A stretch of DNA of 63,429 nucleotides, counting the filler, from Lenisia limosa (lineage: Eukaryota; Protista; Breviatea), in assembly GCA_001655205.1 (NCBI GenBank). It is 15 parts of 15 records of this genome, joined end to end, with 100 filler letters (N's around TTAATTAATTAA, not from the genome) between each part and the next. Parts side by side here need not be neighbours in the genome. Positions count along the whole stretch, not along the records: positions 46,802 to 60,251 come from LPNZ01009722.1; positions 60,352 to 63,429 come from LPNZ01005210.1; 13 more parts are not named here. One strand, 5' to 3'. The translations under genes and the position numbers were made by a program. Position 1 is the first letter of the stretch; every line of letters begins with the position of its first letter. Below the pieces are notes generated by a model, which worked only from the letters and a program-made list of their open reading frames with translations, searched no databases and was not told the DNA's origin. Shown here one piece after another: positions 49,801 through 62,108 of this stretch.

Positions 49801-52800
49801 TCGCGATACCAAATATCCAGGGCATTGGAGTAACTCACCTCATGACTTGACATTCGGCTGTCAAAACGATCAATAGTTTTATTGGCCTCTTTGAGTCTAA
49901 AGTGGTCAGACAAGCGTTTTAACAGCTAGGTCTCTGGATGTTTTCAAACGAAACAATGCCTTTTCGTAAAATTCAACAATGCTGGACCCAATGAATCCTG
50001 CAAAAACGTATAGATTGCGATCAAAACGATTTATATTCGAAACAATCCATTTATGATAGCTAACCGCAATATTCATCAAAAGAAAAAAACAAGTAGAATC
50101 GCCACACAACAACCCCCCCCCCAACCTCCGCAGAGTCAATGAGAGTTCACTTGATTGACTGTGCATTTTGGCATCCAATACAGCGTTTTTCGAGGAGGCT
50201 GCCTCTAATGACGACTCCAATTCACTGCATCTCGCAAGTGCTGCGGCTGAGGTAGAGGGTGAGGGGGGAGGGGGGTCGATTCAAGTTGAATCTATCGTAT
50301 CCAACAATAAATAATGGTTACTTTACAAATACTTCAAATTTCTTAACATAAAACATTATTCTGAGTCGAACAAGAGAAATCTTACCAAGACTTTGATTCA
50401 CGTTCTCAGAGCTTTCTGAACTTAAAGCGATGGTGGCTGAAATGTAACAGGTAAATTGGAGGGGGGGGGGGANNNNNNNNNNNNNNNNNNNNNNNNNNNN
50501 NNNNNNNNNNNNNNNNNNNNNNNNNNNNNNNNNNACAATATAACCTACCCTGGGATTGTTTTACTTTAGCAAGTAAATCATCTTTTTCAGAAGCCAGGGA
50601 CCTGCTGCGTTGCTGGAGTATCAGACAAACTCCAAAAAAACAAAACACAGTTACACCCTCATAGTATTAGCCCGATACCTTTTCAGCTACCAAGTTGTCA
50701 GTTGCTTCCTGAAGGGATGCGCGTAACTAACAATGTTAAAAGCTAATCTATTTAAAATTGGATAGCTTTTACCAAACACAGTAGCACTAAGATTGAGACG
50801 CATACTTCTTGGACAGTAGTGTGAAGAACAGTCAGTTCCGATTCTTTTGCGTCAAGTTCGGTGGCAAGGCGAGAGCCTCGTGTCTGTTGCATAAGAAAGA
50901 ATATTCCAAATAACTATTATATATCGCCAAATATGTCACAACTTTCTAAAATACACTATACTACAAGAAACATGAATTTAATACTGCGTGATTACTCAGT
51001 TATAATGAGAGAGAATTGGGAGTGGAATAACAATACCTGATTTTGTGAGTTTTTCCTCTCCGAGTCCAACAGCGAAGCCTTGAGAGAATGAACTTCAGTT
51101 GAGAGGTCACCTGAGACATCAACAAGGGAGGGAGAAAGAAGATAGACATCGAATGGCATTGGTAACAGCAGCAAATGAAAGCCTTGTGGCATACTCATTT
51201 CAAGGCTCTTATCAGCAGCCTCCTCAAGTGCCTGGGTAAGCATTGCCGAGTTGGCCTGGTCGAGCATTGTTGATGCCCTCTCAAGGTCGACATGCAAGGA
51301 CTCCTCTCGGAGGGAACCTTCAGCAAGAAGGTCCTTAACGGTAAGTGTCGGTAATTCAATTCATATGATCTGATAAAAACCAAACTTCTATCGCAAATGA
51401 TCGGAGTTGTCGCAAAGAAGACCTATTAATATATGTATGACTAAGGTATACCTCAAGTTCACGAACTCGCTGGCCTAAGGGGTTCTGCATTTTCTGAAAA
51501 GTAAATCTAAAAACATCTTTATCAAATAACCACACAATCACCAGGTGTTGGAATTTTACTATTTCAAGATATACTCTACATACCTCTATTTTCAGCTGCT
51601 TAACTTCGTTTTTCAGTTCGGAGATCTCCTGATCTGATTTACTCTTCTGACGCAACACATTCTCGAGCTCGCCACGCGAATCCTAAAATGTTAAACTGTC
51701 TTATCTAAAACTACTGGCTGCTAACTTCCTCAACAATTCAAACTGGAGGAAAGAGCACAAAAACAATTGCTGAAAGGGTAAAACGATTATATACAAGATG
51801 CTCCAATTTATGAATTGCCTTCAGTATCCAAAAGAATACCAAATATCACAACTCACCTTCAAAGCATCGCGGAGACTTTCAAGATCCTTGCCCTGGGACC
51901 CCTCATCCCGTCTGAGCCCTGCCTCCGCGTCGGCCAACGCCGTTTTGAGGTCCTCGACCTGGGCTTCAAGAACAAAAAGCTGGTTATCGCTGGGAGTGGG
52001 CGAAGGGGCTGCGGAAGTAGAATCATCCTCAATTTCGGCAATGGCAGTTTCGAGAGAGTCGACCTAGTGTTAGGTAAGAAATAATTAGCAGCAAAATGAA
52101 AAGTGAAAGTGAAAGCTGAATAAGTGCCAAAAGGCTAAAACGCTGAATCATATTCCCCTTCAACTTTGCATATAGCAATGAGAAATAAAAAAATAAGGAT
52201 GTATCTGACCGAAGCAATATAGCAATGAGAAAATAAGATGTATCTGGCCGAAGCCGTCCACACTAACAACTCTGTGCACACAGCTTTCTGCTTGCCTCCC
52301 CAGCATACGACAGCATTAAATATTTTAGGTTCATTATTATACAATAAATCAATGATATGAAAAATTTGCTTTGCTTATGGGAAATAATAATAATAAAAAA
52401 AAACACGGTTACTCTAGAAATATTTGAAAAACAAAATGGGAAATAACAATATCAGCAAACAATGCCAATGTTTATATTGCCCCCACCCATTATCCCTCCA
52501 CTCAACAAGCTTACCTCTGCCTGGAGGGCGGAATTGATGTCACTGAGGCGGCGGACCTCTTCCAAGGCTTCGTTCTTCTCATCAATAAGGTCCTTGTTCT
52601 GGTAGACTTCTTTCGTCTCGTTCTGTGACAGCCGCAGGTCTTGTTGTTCTGCCTAGAAAAATGACGAAAAATGGATAAATAATTGTAATTCGTATGATTC
52701 ACATTGTTTTAGCTTAACAAAATGAAGTGCCAAATAAGGAAACACAAACCTCATTTTCAAGAGTGATCACCTCTTGAACCACGTCAGCGAGCGATGTCTT

Positions 52801-53100
52801 GGCCTCGCTGAGATCTCTCAAAGTCTGCTCATATTCTGATAGAAGTCCCTGGACACTGCTTACAGACACAGTGATTTCCTTCTCAAAGGGATGGCTGTTG
52901 ATCGCGTCCGTTAGCTCAACCGTTGGGGAAGTGAACGATACTATATCCGAGACGTTTCCGTGTTTATCATTTTCATTAGAATATGGTGGTCTTAGAGCTT
53001 TAGAAAGGCGAGGAGGAGGGGGGTATCTTTTTGATTGTTTGTTTTTATCGACTAGTCCGGCATTTAGCCGGGACCTGGGACTTAAAGGAGGTCTATCCAT
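46802..53100 (-). CDS. Large multi-exon coiled-coil protein, 3'-truncated at contig end
   Basis: ATG at 53100 (MDRPPLSPRSR...), then many GT-AG exons with heptad E/K/L-rich sequence (LSEYEQTLRDLSEAKTSLADVVQEVITLENE; LEAQVEDLKTALADAEAGL; LESIELSLKESLADAQQKSL). No specific family recognised. Confidence 0.8.
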
Positions 53101-53329
53101 GTATACATCTGATTATCATATACATTTCCCACGAAAGAAAGGGTTTTTTAACAAAAATGAATTTAGTTATATAGGTTGCGTACGCGCCTAAGGCGCTTCC
53201 TTTTTGCAGATTTTCCGCCTCAGATTCTCCCATGGTGCACAATTGTTGTTTGTGTGTAGAGAATATTGAATTAAAGAGTGAAATAGCAATAAAGAATTAG
53301 CCTACAGGAAAGAGCTTTTAAGTCTGAAG

Positions 53330-56300
53330 ATGTGGAGGTACATGCTCTACATTACACTGGTAGTGTTACCATTTGTGCTGTCAACTGGTCGGTTCACTAT
53401 TGGTGGCTGTTTTGGATTAAAATGATTGAAGATTTTTTTTTTTTTTTCATTTTGTTTTTTTTTTTGGTCTTCACCACTCTCNNNNNNNNNNNNNNNNNNN
53501 NNNNNNNNNNNNNNNNNNNNNNNNNNNNNNNNNNNNNNNNNNNNNNNNNNNNNNNNNNNNNNNNNNNNNNNNNNNNNNNNNNNNNNNNNNNNNNNNNNNN
53601 NNAGTATGTTGAAATGGGTAACTGGAATGTAAATATTGGTTTTTTGTTCTGTTGGTTTTTTGTTTTAAAAATATTCACAATGATACTATGCCCACAGTCT
53701 ATCAAAATATGTTGTGTATCATTCGGTGCACTTAGAGCTAAGAAACATATTGCATCATACCATATGTTTAACAAACACTTAGTCGCCATTAGCTCTTTCT
53801 TCCTGACTGTTAGATGCGATGCGGGATGGGGAGGAACACATTGTCAGCTAGTCCTGGGATGCCACGATGACGCGGCATGCAGGTACGAGTTACGAGCTGT
53901 GGGCCCTGTGAAGGGGTTTTGGTTACTGAATTTCGAGAGAGGGGGGGGGGGTCGNNNNNNNNNNNNNNNNNNNNNNNNNNNNNNNNNNNNNNNNNNNNNN
54001 NNNNNNNNNNNNNNNNNNNNNNNNNNNNNNNNGTTTTCTGAGTCTTTTCTAGCTACCATGGCTCCTGTGTTGACACGACCTGCAAATGCTTCGTCGGGTG
54101 GACAGGAACAAAGTGGGGGTATTGTGTGCTTTACTAACAGCGGATATATTACGGGGGTGTATTTTAATAACGAAGGATTTATGTGATTCGCTGCATTTTA
54201 CTAAGCTTACCTCGCAGCTGTGAGCAGCACAATGGCTGCGATCTTGTCTGCTACCATGGCGGCCAACCTGCAGCCGACTGCAAATCATGTGTCTCATGTG
54301 CCCAGGGCTGGACAGGCAAACAGTGCCAACGTGAGAGGAAGTTACACGATTATGCACCTTGTGCTTTTTCTTTTTATTACCGGGGGTGTTAACTTTATAA
54401 TATCACTCTCACCATTTTGAGGGAGCATGTTGTACATTAAATATAAGTAGTGGAAGCAAATATTATACATCAACAAACCATACCTTGTGTTTGGCAATTG
54501 CTTAACCAACAGACTAGATTTTGGCCATTTACCCCCCCCCCCAGAGTACAGTGGTACCGACCTCACAGCGGCGACAAAAGCCATCCAACTCTCAGCCTCA
54601 AACTGCCAGGCCGCCCGCAGCAGTCTTCTCAACAGCCTCGAGCACCCGGGTACCCCGTCACCTGTCTCTCTGGGGTTGGTGGACCAGGGCCATGATGGTG
54701 TTAATAACTTACTTTCAACATTATAATATCGTAATTTTCGAGAGTTATCGAGAATTCAGTCACTCTCGTTTGGGAGCTGTGAACTAACCAAAGCCACCCA
54801 GCTATAACCCCGTTACTCGCGAGACCAAATTGCCGGTTGTCCGTTTGACATTTGACGATGGCAAAACGAGGACGTCTGTCAACAACAACGTGTTTTCAGT
54901 TCCCGATGTGAGACGGATGGGGGTGTGGGTGAATGTGGAACGATGATAATCACAGGTGACTTGGAAGTAAATTAGGGGTGAAAGTGGATGGATGGTGCTT
55001 TTTTACTGCATCCGTACAACCTCTGAAATCTCAAAATGACTGACACCCTATTCCGTTATATATATCATATGCATATCATATACATATATGATATATATAT
55101 CTCTATTGTTTTTTTGTGTATTCATTTTGAAGAACGTGGACTTTGAAGCGCTTCTCGGCAGGGACTATCCCTCAACCACATCGGACGTATACTATGACGT
55201 TGACGAGTACATTGAGTTTGTCCATGAGCTTGCCTCGTCTCTTCATGGCCGGGCCGGGGTGTATACTGACGTATGTGGGAAGCGGGAGGGGGAGGTGGCT
55301 TCGATTCTATTGTTTATTCATTTCAATGTAGTCAAAGGACTTGAAGAAGGTATATGACGACATGTTCACTCATCAAAGGTTCTACTCTGTCAACCAGGTA
55401 AATTGGATCACAGATGTTCTCTAACTCAGTCTTCAATGAGAAAGGCTTCACTTTTACAATATTAATGTTGTTGTGAGGACAAAGTGAAATGCCAGATGAA
55501 ATTCTGTCCATTTTCTGACATTTGTCAGTAAATCAAGCTTATTAAAGAAGCTCTCGATTTTAGATTAAACCAAATGTTATTTAAGGCCCTACATAACTAA
55601 CTTTTAGGTACGTGTCGATGCCTACAAGAATACGCTTTTACGCGACCACAGTGGCAGCCCGGTTTATGAATTGGGTGAGGATAGGAAAACCATGTTCCTT
55701 TGCTTCATTTGCTTTTTGTGACACTTTTTAATTATATTATAATCTTGTATATATATGTTTAACCTCCCAACAGATTCTCAGCTTGCTCACATTATGTCCA
55801 TGCTGCCCTTGAATCTCACCACAGCAAATGACAAGGCTCTCTATTATAAGCTTTATGACTACTGGGGTACCCACTACATGGTTTGTTGGGATTGGTGGAG
55901 GGTAAAGGGTCCCCTTTTGGTAGTATTGAATTCTTACTTCTTCAATATCATTTTTATTGTTTCATAGTATTGGTAGTATGTGTAGTATGTGTAGTTATGA
56001 TCATTTTGAAGTGTACTTCTGATTACTTCGTTTGACAAGCCATGCAGTCCGATAACATTGTGAGCGGAGGTCTTGCCGCTTCCGAAGTCTCAGTCAATCA
56101 CTGTGTTGCTGACAAGCTCACTTTTGTAAGGGGTTCATTGCACATTTGATGACACTTTGATTGAGTTAGATAGCTTAAATGTAATAATTCGACATATGAC
56201 TCTCTCTGCCTGTGATTTGGAAGCGAGTAGAAGTGTATTAATTTTTCTCTCCTTTGATATTTTAGGAAACACTGAAAAAGGAAGTTGAGAATGACTTCAA

Positions 56301-57375
56301 GGTCGAACTTCACAAGTCTTCACAACCAATCAACCCCTAGTCAGCCAGGGATTCAGAATGTGCACATTGCATTACCTACCAGTGTTGCCTATTCTTAATC
56401 AATATCATCTGTCGTTGAACCAAAACTAACTGTTTTCCATAATCACCAACTGCATAGTTGCATCACCACCTCTTCACCCCTCAGCTACTCTGACAATCGT
56501 CACCTCTCGAAACTGTCATTCTTTGGAGGAAGCCCCAACGCCTCGCCCGATGCTTGGGACGCCTGGACTAAAAGCGTTGATGACAACCCAATTGCGGTAC
56601 ATACATGGGATGATTGGGGGTATTACATGTCTACCTCACAAGCCATTGTAATCTAATTGCTTAGATTGATTGGGAATTCCGTGAATTGACAACCTTGGTG
56701 AATAACCCGAAGTACAAGGACCTGTTCCAAGACCCATATAAGGTGGGACGCAAATGGATTCTGATATCTTGATTTTTTTTTTGTTTGTTTTTTCTAACCC
56801 TTTATTTGCCTCATTTTTTATTTGAATGTGCCTCTAAACCTGTAGTTGGCCTCCAACGTTGCCCTCACTATTTCGGAGTATCTCCAGAACGCTCGTGCTG
56901 CAGAATCCGCCACTATTGATGCTGTGCATAAGGCCAGCCAGGTTGGCATTCTAACTTGGAATAGGTATCAAAGGCCTTTTATTGCTGGACCAAATTCGAT
57001 ATTACTGGGGGCAATTTACATTTTTGATGATGCAATCATCTCTGTTTATGGTTTCAGGCTGAGATTGTTGGCGCTCACGCCATTGCTGGAGGCGTGGACG
57101 TTTCATCCTTTATCGGTAAACGCCATGGCAACCAGGTTGGGGGATTTTGTTGGGTATTGCACTCATTACTACAATTTTAATACACTTCATTTTGACCGTG
57201 ATAATTTTATTTTATTTGTACAAGTTGTGGATTGAAGCCAATCTCTTTTCATCCCTCCCAGGTTGCGCCCATCATCAACGTCCAAGCTGCAGCCGGTGTC
57301 AATAGCACGATGACTGCCTCTGAAGGTTTCCTCTTCGTTATTGACTCAGCTGTTTGCGGACAAATGGCCACTTAG
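53330..57375 (+). CDS. Secreted MACPF/perforin-like protein with N-terminal EGF-like repeats
   Basis: Signal peptide MWRYMLYITLVVLPFVLST (exon 53330-53387). EGF-like exons CDAGWGGTHC, CSYHGSCVDTTCKCFVGWTG and CYHGGQPAADCKSCVSCAQGWTGKQC. MACPF motifs GYNPVTRETKLPVVRLTFDDGKT..FSVPD, LYDYWGTHY followed in the next exon by GG, and FFGGSP..DAWDAWTKSVDDNPIAIDWEFREL. Stop TAG at 57373-57375. Confidence 0.9.
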
Positions 57376-58674
57376 GATAATGATGATCAGAAACAAGTGA
57401 ACAATTACCTCCAATAGACTCAAAGAGGGTCGTTTTGAAAATTGAATAGTTTTTTTTAGCTCTTGGGTTTTTTCTAGGCCAGATAACCTATGATATAATT
57501 ATTATATATCTGTAAAAATACCATCTGGTCTGATTTCATCTCTCACCATTCAGCATGGATTCTGCTATCACGCCTCTTCCGTTGTTTCTGCATCATGTGA
57601 CGTGAGCGTCCCTCTCTCTTATATACTATGTTTCGAAAACACAATCATTTCTATTGACCAAATCCATTCTGATGCAAGTTTACTGCAAAACTCTTTTTAT
57701 TGCGTAGTTTCTCCGTTTTGGCATTTTCTCAACTTGATATTTCGCCTTGGTTGACCTTTGTAGCGTCTTGCTGACGGGCGCCTTGTTGCCTCTATCAAGC
57801 CCGGCAACAGAGCATGCTACAAGGTCATGATTACCCAAGGTGGTAACCTTGTTTGTGAGTAGGCGGGGTCACAGCATTCCTGAGTGATTATAATCACTAA
57901 GCCTTTGTGCCTCAATAGCTCTTGAAAATATCTTCTAATTTGAGTAATTACTGACGTTTCAGATGGGGAAAGGGAATTGGAGCCTTCATCAACGCAGCTC
58001 CTGCCAAAGTTTGCTGTCTTTACTCTTTTTTTGGCATTCCACCCACCCACATTATCCCATCATTAAAACCTCACCATCCAGTCTTCAACACCAGTTAAGA
58101 CCGGCTGTACGGAGGCGCGTGTTTCTTTTGCCATTGAGGTTTGCTTTCTGTTTGGATATACATATGCTCAAGGTCCAAAATTATGTCGTTATTTCGAATT
58201 AATGTCGTTAATTATTTACNNNNNNNNNNCCTGATCACCATCCAGTCTTGATGGACATGGAATGTTGGGCCCCTGACGTAAGGGGGGGGGGTTCAAATTT
58301 CATGCAACTTATCGAACTTCTTGAGCCTGATGGCAGGGGATTTTGTTTGGATTTTGTTGTAATGATGATGTTGTTATGTTTTTGTTATGTTGTTAAGATG
58401 AGATGTTGATGTTGATGTTGTTGATAATGTTGATGATGAGGGGGGGGNNNNNNNNNNNNNNNNNNNNNNNNNNNNNNNNNNNNNNNNNNNNNNNNNNNNN
58501 NNNNNNNNNNNNNNNNNNNNNNNNNNNNNNNNNNNNNNNNNNNNNNNNNNNNNNNNNNNNNNNNNNNNNNNNNNNNNNNNNNNNNNNNNNNNNNNNNTTT
58601 CTTCCCTGATCGTTTCTTTCGCGCTTTTATTTCCCTCTTAATTACTGGCTTCGTGATTAGTACCATTAAACATA

Positions 58675-59036
58675 TGCTCAAGGTCCAAAATTATGTCGTT
58701 ATTTCGAATTAATGTCGTTAATTATTTACGGTCGCCAATAAGCTATTCCCCTTCAAAACAGTAATATATTTCTGAGATATAGACACTTAATTTGTTTATG
58801 AAGGAAAACAAAGAAAAATATAACCTTTCACAATTTTTCTTTTTTGCAAGATCAGCACTTTATCGTGGAAATTTATTTTTTTTTAGCGCCAGGCTCGCGC
58901 ATTTTTTTTCAGTTTATGCTCGAATTTTTCTCATATGTCCTTTTTTACGAGTTAAATTGTTGTGAAGTTGACCGTAACATGAAAAAGAGACAGTCACAGA
59001 TAATTGAATTAACGACATAGTTTAGGACCTCGAGCA
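58675..59036. mobile_element. 362-bp MITE with ~30-bp TIRs and TA TSD
   Basis: TA|TGCTCAAGGTCCAAAATTATGTCGTTA ... TAACGACATAGTTTAGGACCTCGAGCA|TA. An identical left end with a different flank is at 58165-58219, cut by a 10-N gap. Confidence 0.8.
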
Positions 59037-59736
59037 TATATTCTTCATTGAAATTTACTTCGTTCACCCTTCCCCCTTCTAGAGTTGATGTTGGTTATTT
59101 TTTTCTTTCATAACTTTCCATTTTTACACCCAAGTCCTCAAAGCATCTTCATGGATCGAACCAGTCAACTCCTGAGGTAAATATGGAACATTATGTTATC
59201 AGACCTGAGATACAAGTAGCTCTATTATATATCATATATTATATACATGTATGTATATCGATATGTGCATTCTTTTTCTGGTTTTGGCAATTATGCATGT
59301 CCTCCCCCCCCCCCCTGACACAGCCAGGTTTTGAGTTCGCAAAACCTCATGACCGCACTCGAAAACGCGATGTTTGGGGGGTGCTGTGGGCATGTTTGGT
59401 GCTGTGAGCATGTTTGGCCCGTGCTATGTGTATGCCTTTTCTTATCTTAATTTTGTTCCTCGGACATTTTGGTTGATTTTTCAGGCCTGAAGAGTTCCAG
59501 GAATTAGAGGTTAGCAGAACATGGGAGTTAATTTCTTCGAAAAGGACAACATGTTCTCTAATATAAAAGAGTATTATGAAACGGATTAAATCAGGTTTGT
59601 TTCCCTAGTAAGTTGTTTTTGGAGCTCCGAAGCGCTCTTGTTGAAGTGATTTACTGTATCACAATATGTCATATTATACGACATTATTAGAGATTAATTG
59701 TTCATAATCTCGAAGATGTCCTCTGACAAATCTCAG

Positions 59737-60251
59737 ATCTCGAAATCTGACTCGCACATCAAGAGCTTTATTATTCCTGCACATAAATTGAAGAATGTTG
59801 CTGAGCTGCCTCCTGAGGTTTGGCTCCTTCATTCCTAATCATGATGGTGTGACCGGCTTCGGCCAGATATTTCTTTTCCCCCTTTCTTCTTTATATCGAA
59901 TCATGGACCAACCAAATTCATCAGACAACTTCTATACGTATTGACACAATCCTAATATAATTTAACAAACTGTGTTCAATATTGACCAATTTTCCTGAAG
60001 GGGAAACCGATTATGTCATCACGGCCACAGTATAAAACAGGAGAAACAAATGTACACTGACAAGCCAGGTTGTTAATGGCTTTATGACCACAAGCTCCAC
60101 CCAAGGAGACATCTACCAACTTGGTCACGTGATTTGGGAGGTGGCTTGCGCGGGCGTGGCGTATGCCGGACAGTCTCTACAGTCTATTCTGAAGTCTCGT
60201 CGGCTCGGAGCCACGCTTCCGACAGATTCTCTAGATGATGACGTGGCAGGA
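59737..60251 (+). CDS. Protein kinase-like (TKL-type) C-lobe fragment, possibly pseudokinase
   Basis: Exons 59737-59817 and 60069->60251 join in phase 0: ISKSDSHIKSFIIPAHKLKNVAELPPE|VVNGFMTTSSTQGDIYQLGHVIWEVACAGVAYAGQS. This matches subdomains VIII-X (APE-like, DIYxxGxVIWE); no DFG is seen where expected. Confidence 0.6.
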
Positions 60252-60494
60252 NNNNNNNNNNNNNNNNNNNNNNNNNNNNNNNNNNNNNNNNNNNNTTAAT
60301 TAATTAANNNNNNNNNNNNNNNNNNNNNNNNNNNNNNNNNNNNNNNNNNNNCCCCCCCCCCCCCCTTTACCGATCTATTTGACCTTTATTGAGCAATTTG
60401 ACCATTAATTTAACCCTTCATCACACCATTTACTGACCCCCTTACAGTTTGGAGGTATGTCATCCGGGTTTCTAAATGAGTCAGATGGTGGTAA

Positions 60495-60622
60495 CGTATC
60501 TGGCCGAAACCGTCCATACCATCACGCTTATCAGAGATATTGGATAATAGTATAGTATTAATTCACCCAATCATTTGCCTTACAACTTGCACACAGCTTT
60601 CTGCGTGCCTCCCCAGCATATT
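60495..60622 (-). repeat. Family E repeat, long copy
   Basis: gtatctggccgaaaccgtccataccatcacgcttatcagagatattggat...ttcacccaatcatttgccttacaac...ctttctgcgtgcctccccagcat. Confidence 0.85.
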
Positions 60623-60655
60623 GTATAATATAGTAAACACCTAACTACCAATAGG

Positions 60656-62072
60656 CGTGGTGAACTCAGACGGCCGATACGAGTTGAATGATTTTAGGCG
60701 CTTCTCGGCCTCGAGATAGAGAGCCGCATCAAATACGTTGCCTTCCTCTTTGAGGTGGACTGGAGGAGTAAAATTGGACATTTTTGAAGTAAAAAGGCCA
60801 AAATCAACTCGTGTTGGTTGGTAACACACGAGTAATTACAACAAAACAAACAAAGCCCTGGCCAGTCGCTTTTGCAGCACCGCATCCCATCACTCAAAGG
60901 ATATTACGGAAGATTAAAAGAAAGAAGAGGGGGAGGTGGACTGGGATGAAAAGACGGAAATGAGATCTGTAAACAAAGGTTGGTCGCTCGTTTTTGTTAT
61001 TGCTTGTTATTTGTTTATTTGGAGTTTCAGAATATTCCGTTCGTGATTAGTATCTTTACGCATCCTTAATCGAAATTTACTTCGTTCCCCCCTCATACTC
61101 ATGCTCTCAATCAGAGCTTCTATCACTTCCTCCCTCCTCTTCTTGGCCTTTTCACCCAGGTTGTCGGCGGTTCCCTGATGAGGTTATGAGAAATAATATT
61201 TATATGGATAGTATGCTGGAGAAGCACGCAGAAAGCTGTTTGCACGGAGTTGTAAGGCAAATGATTGGGTGAATTAATATTATACAATAATCCAATATCT
61301 CTTATAAGCGTGATGGTGTTGACGGCTTCGGCCAGATACAGTAAGGCTTTACTTCAGTTCGGGAAAAATCGACAGTTTTCGAGGATTTATCGAGAAATAA
61401 TATATTTGGAGAGTTTATCAGAGATATTGGATTATAGTATCTTGCCGAAGCCGTCCTTGAGAGTATTTTTATGTTAGAGTAGGTTTTTGGAACCGGAGTG
61501 AAGACCAAGAAATAAAATAGCTTGTTTGCCATCTGACTGCACGTACCTGTAAATCTCCATAGTAAGTAGCTAAGAAATCCGCTTCTGAAATGTACGAAAT
61601 GACATTTGACACTGCTGTTGGAACTAGCGGGGATAAATTTGGCAATTAGGGGGAGTAAATTGAACAATTGTATGAAACAATCCCATTAGAATATCATATT
61701 TGTGTAGTCAACACCCCCACTTTTAGGCACATGACTGACGAAGGTATTGGGGCAGTCCTTGTCAATGATGCTCTCGAGGGCCATGCCACGGTACATCCAG
61801 ACGCTTGGTGACACTAGGAGTTTGTTAGTGAAATTTAGAGGAGCGTGGAATCGCTTGGTACTCTGACCCCCCCCCCCCCCNNNNNNNNNNNNNNNNNNNN
61901 NNNNNNNNNNNNNNNNNNNNNNNNNNNNNNNNNNNNNNNNNNNNNNNNNNNNNNNNNNNNNNNNNNNNNNNNNNNNNNNNNNNNNNTGGCTTTGAGTCGG
62001 TACCAGCGGACCAGGTTGTCCTTGAGATTGCTGTTAATGTCGCATCGAGCAGCGAAATCCTTGGTTATCTAG
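60656..62072 (-). CDS. Hypothetical protein (partial, gapped)
   Basis: GT-AG-bounded exons: ITKDFAARCDINSNLKDNLVRWYRLKA; SVWMYRGMALESIIDKDCPNTFVSHVPK; GTADNLGEKAKKRREEVIEALIESM; HLKEEGNVFDAALYLEAEKRLKSFNSYRPSEFTTPI. Confidence 0.45.
60760..60895 (-). repeat. Family C repeat, sense to a minus-strand gene, ending at the acceptor
   Basis: Reverse complement: gagtgatgggatgcggtgctgcaaaagcgactggccagggctttgtttg...ccaacacgagttgattttggcctttttacttcaaaaatgtccaattttactcctccAG|exon. Confidence 0.85.
61212..61340 (+). repeat. Family E repeat, long copy
   Basis: atgctggagaagcacgcagaaagctgtttgcacggagttgtaaggcaaatgattgggtgaattaatatt...aagcgtgatggtgttgacggcttcggccagataca. Confidence 0.85.
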
Positions 62073-62108
62073 GATGCTAGTGAGGAGAGGGAGGATTAAT
62101 TACAGGTT

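Noticed and set aside
43771-57375. Functional clustering of TFIIB, coiled-coil and MACPF genes
   Set aside because: A spacer at 46702-46801 separates them, and adjacency in a eukaryote gives no functional link without further data.
61310-61340. Family E core GCTTCGGCCAGATAC resembling the 5' end of 5S rRNA
   Set aside because: Similarity is limited to about ten bases, and no 5S internal promoter boxes follow.
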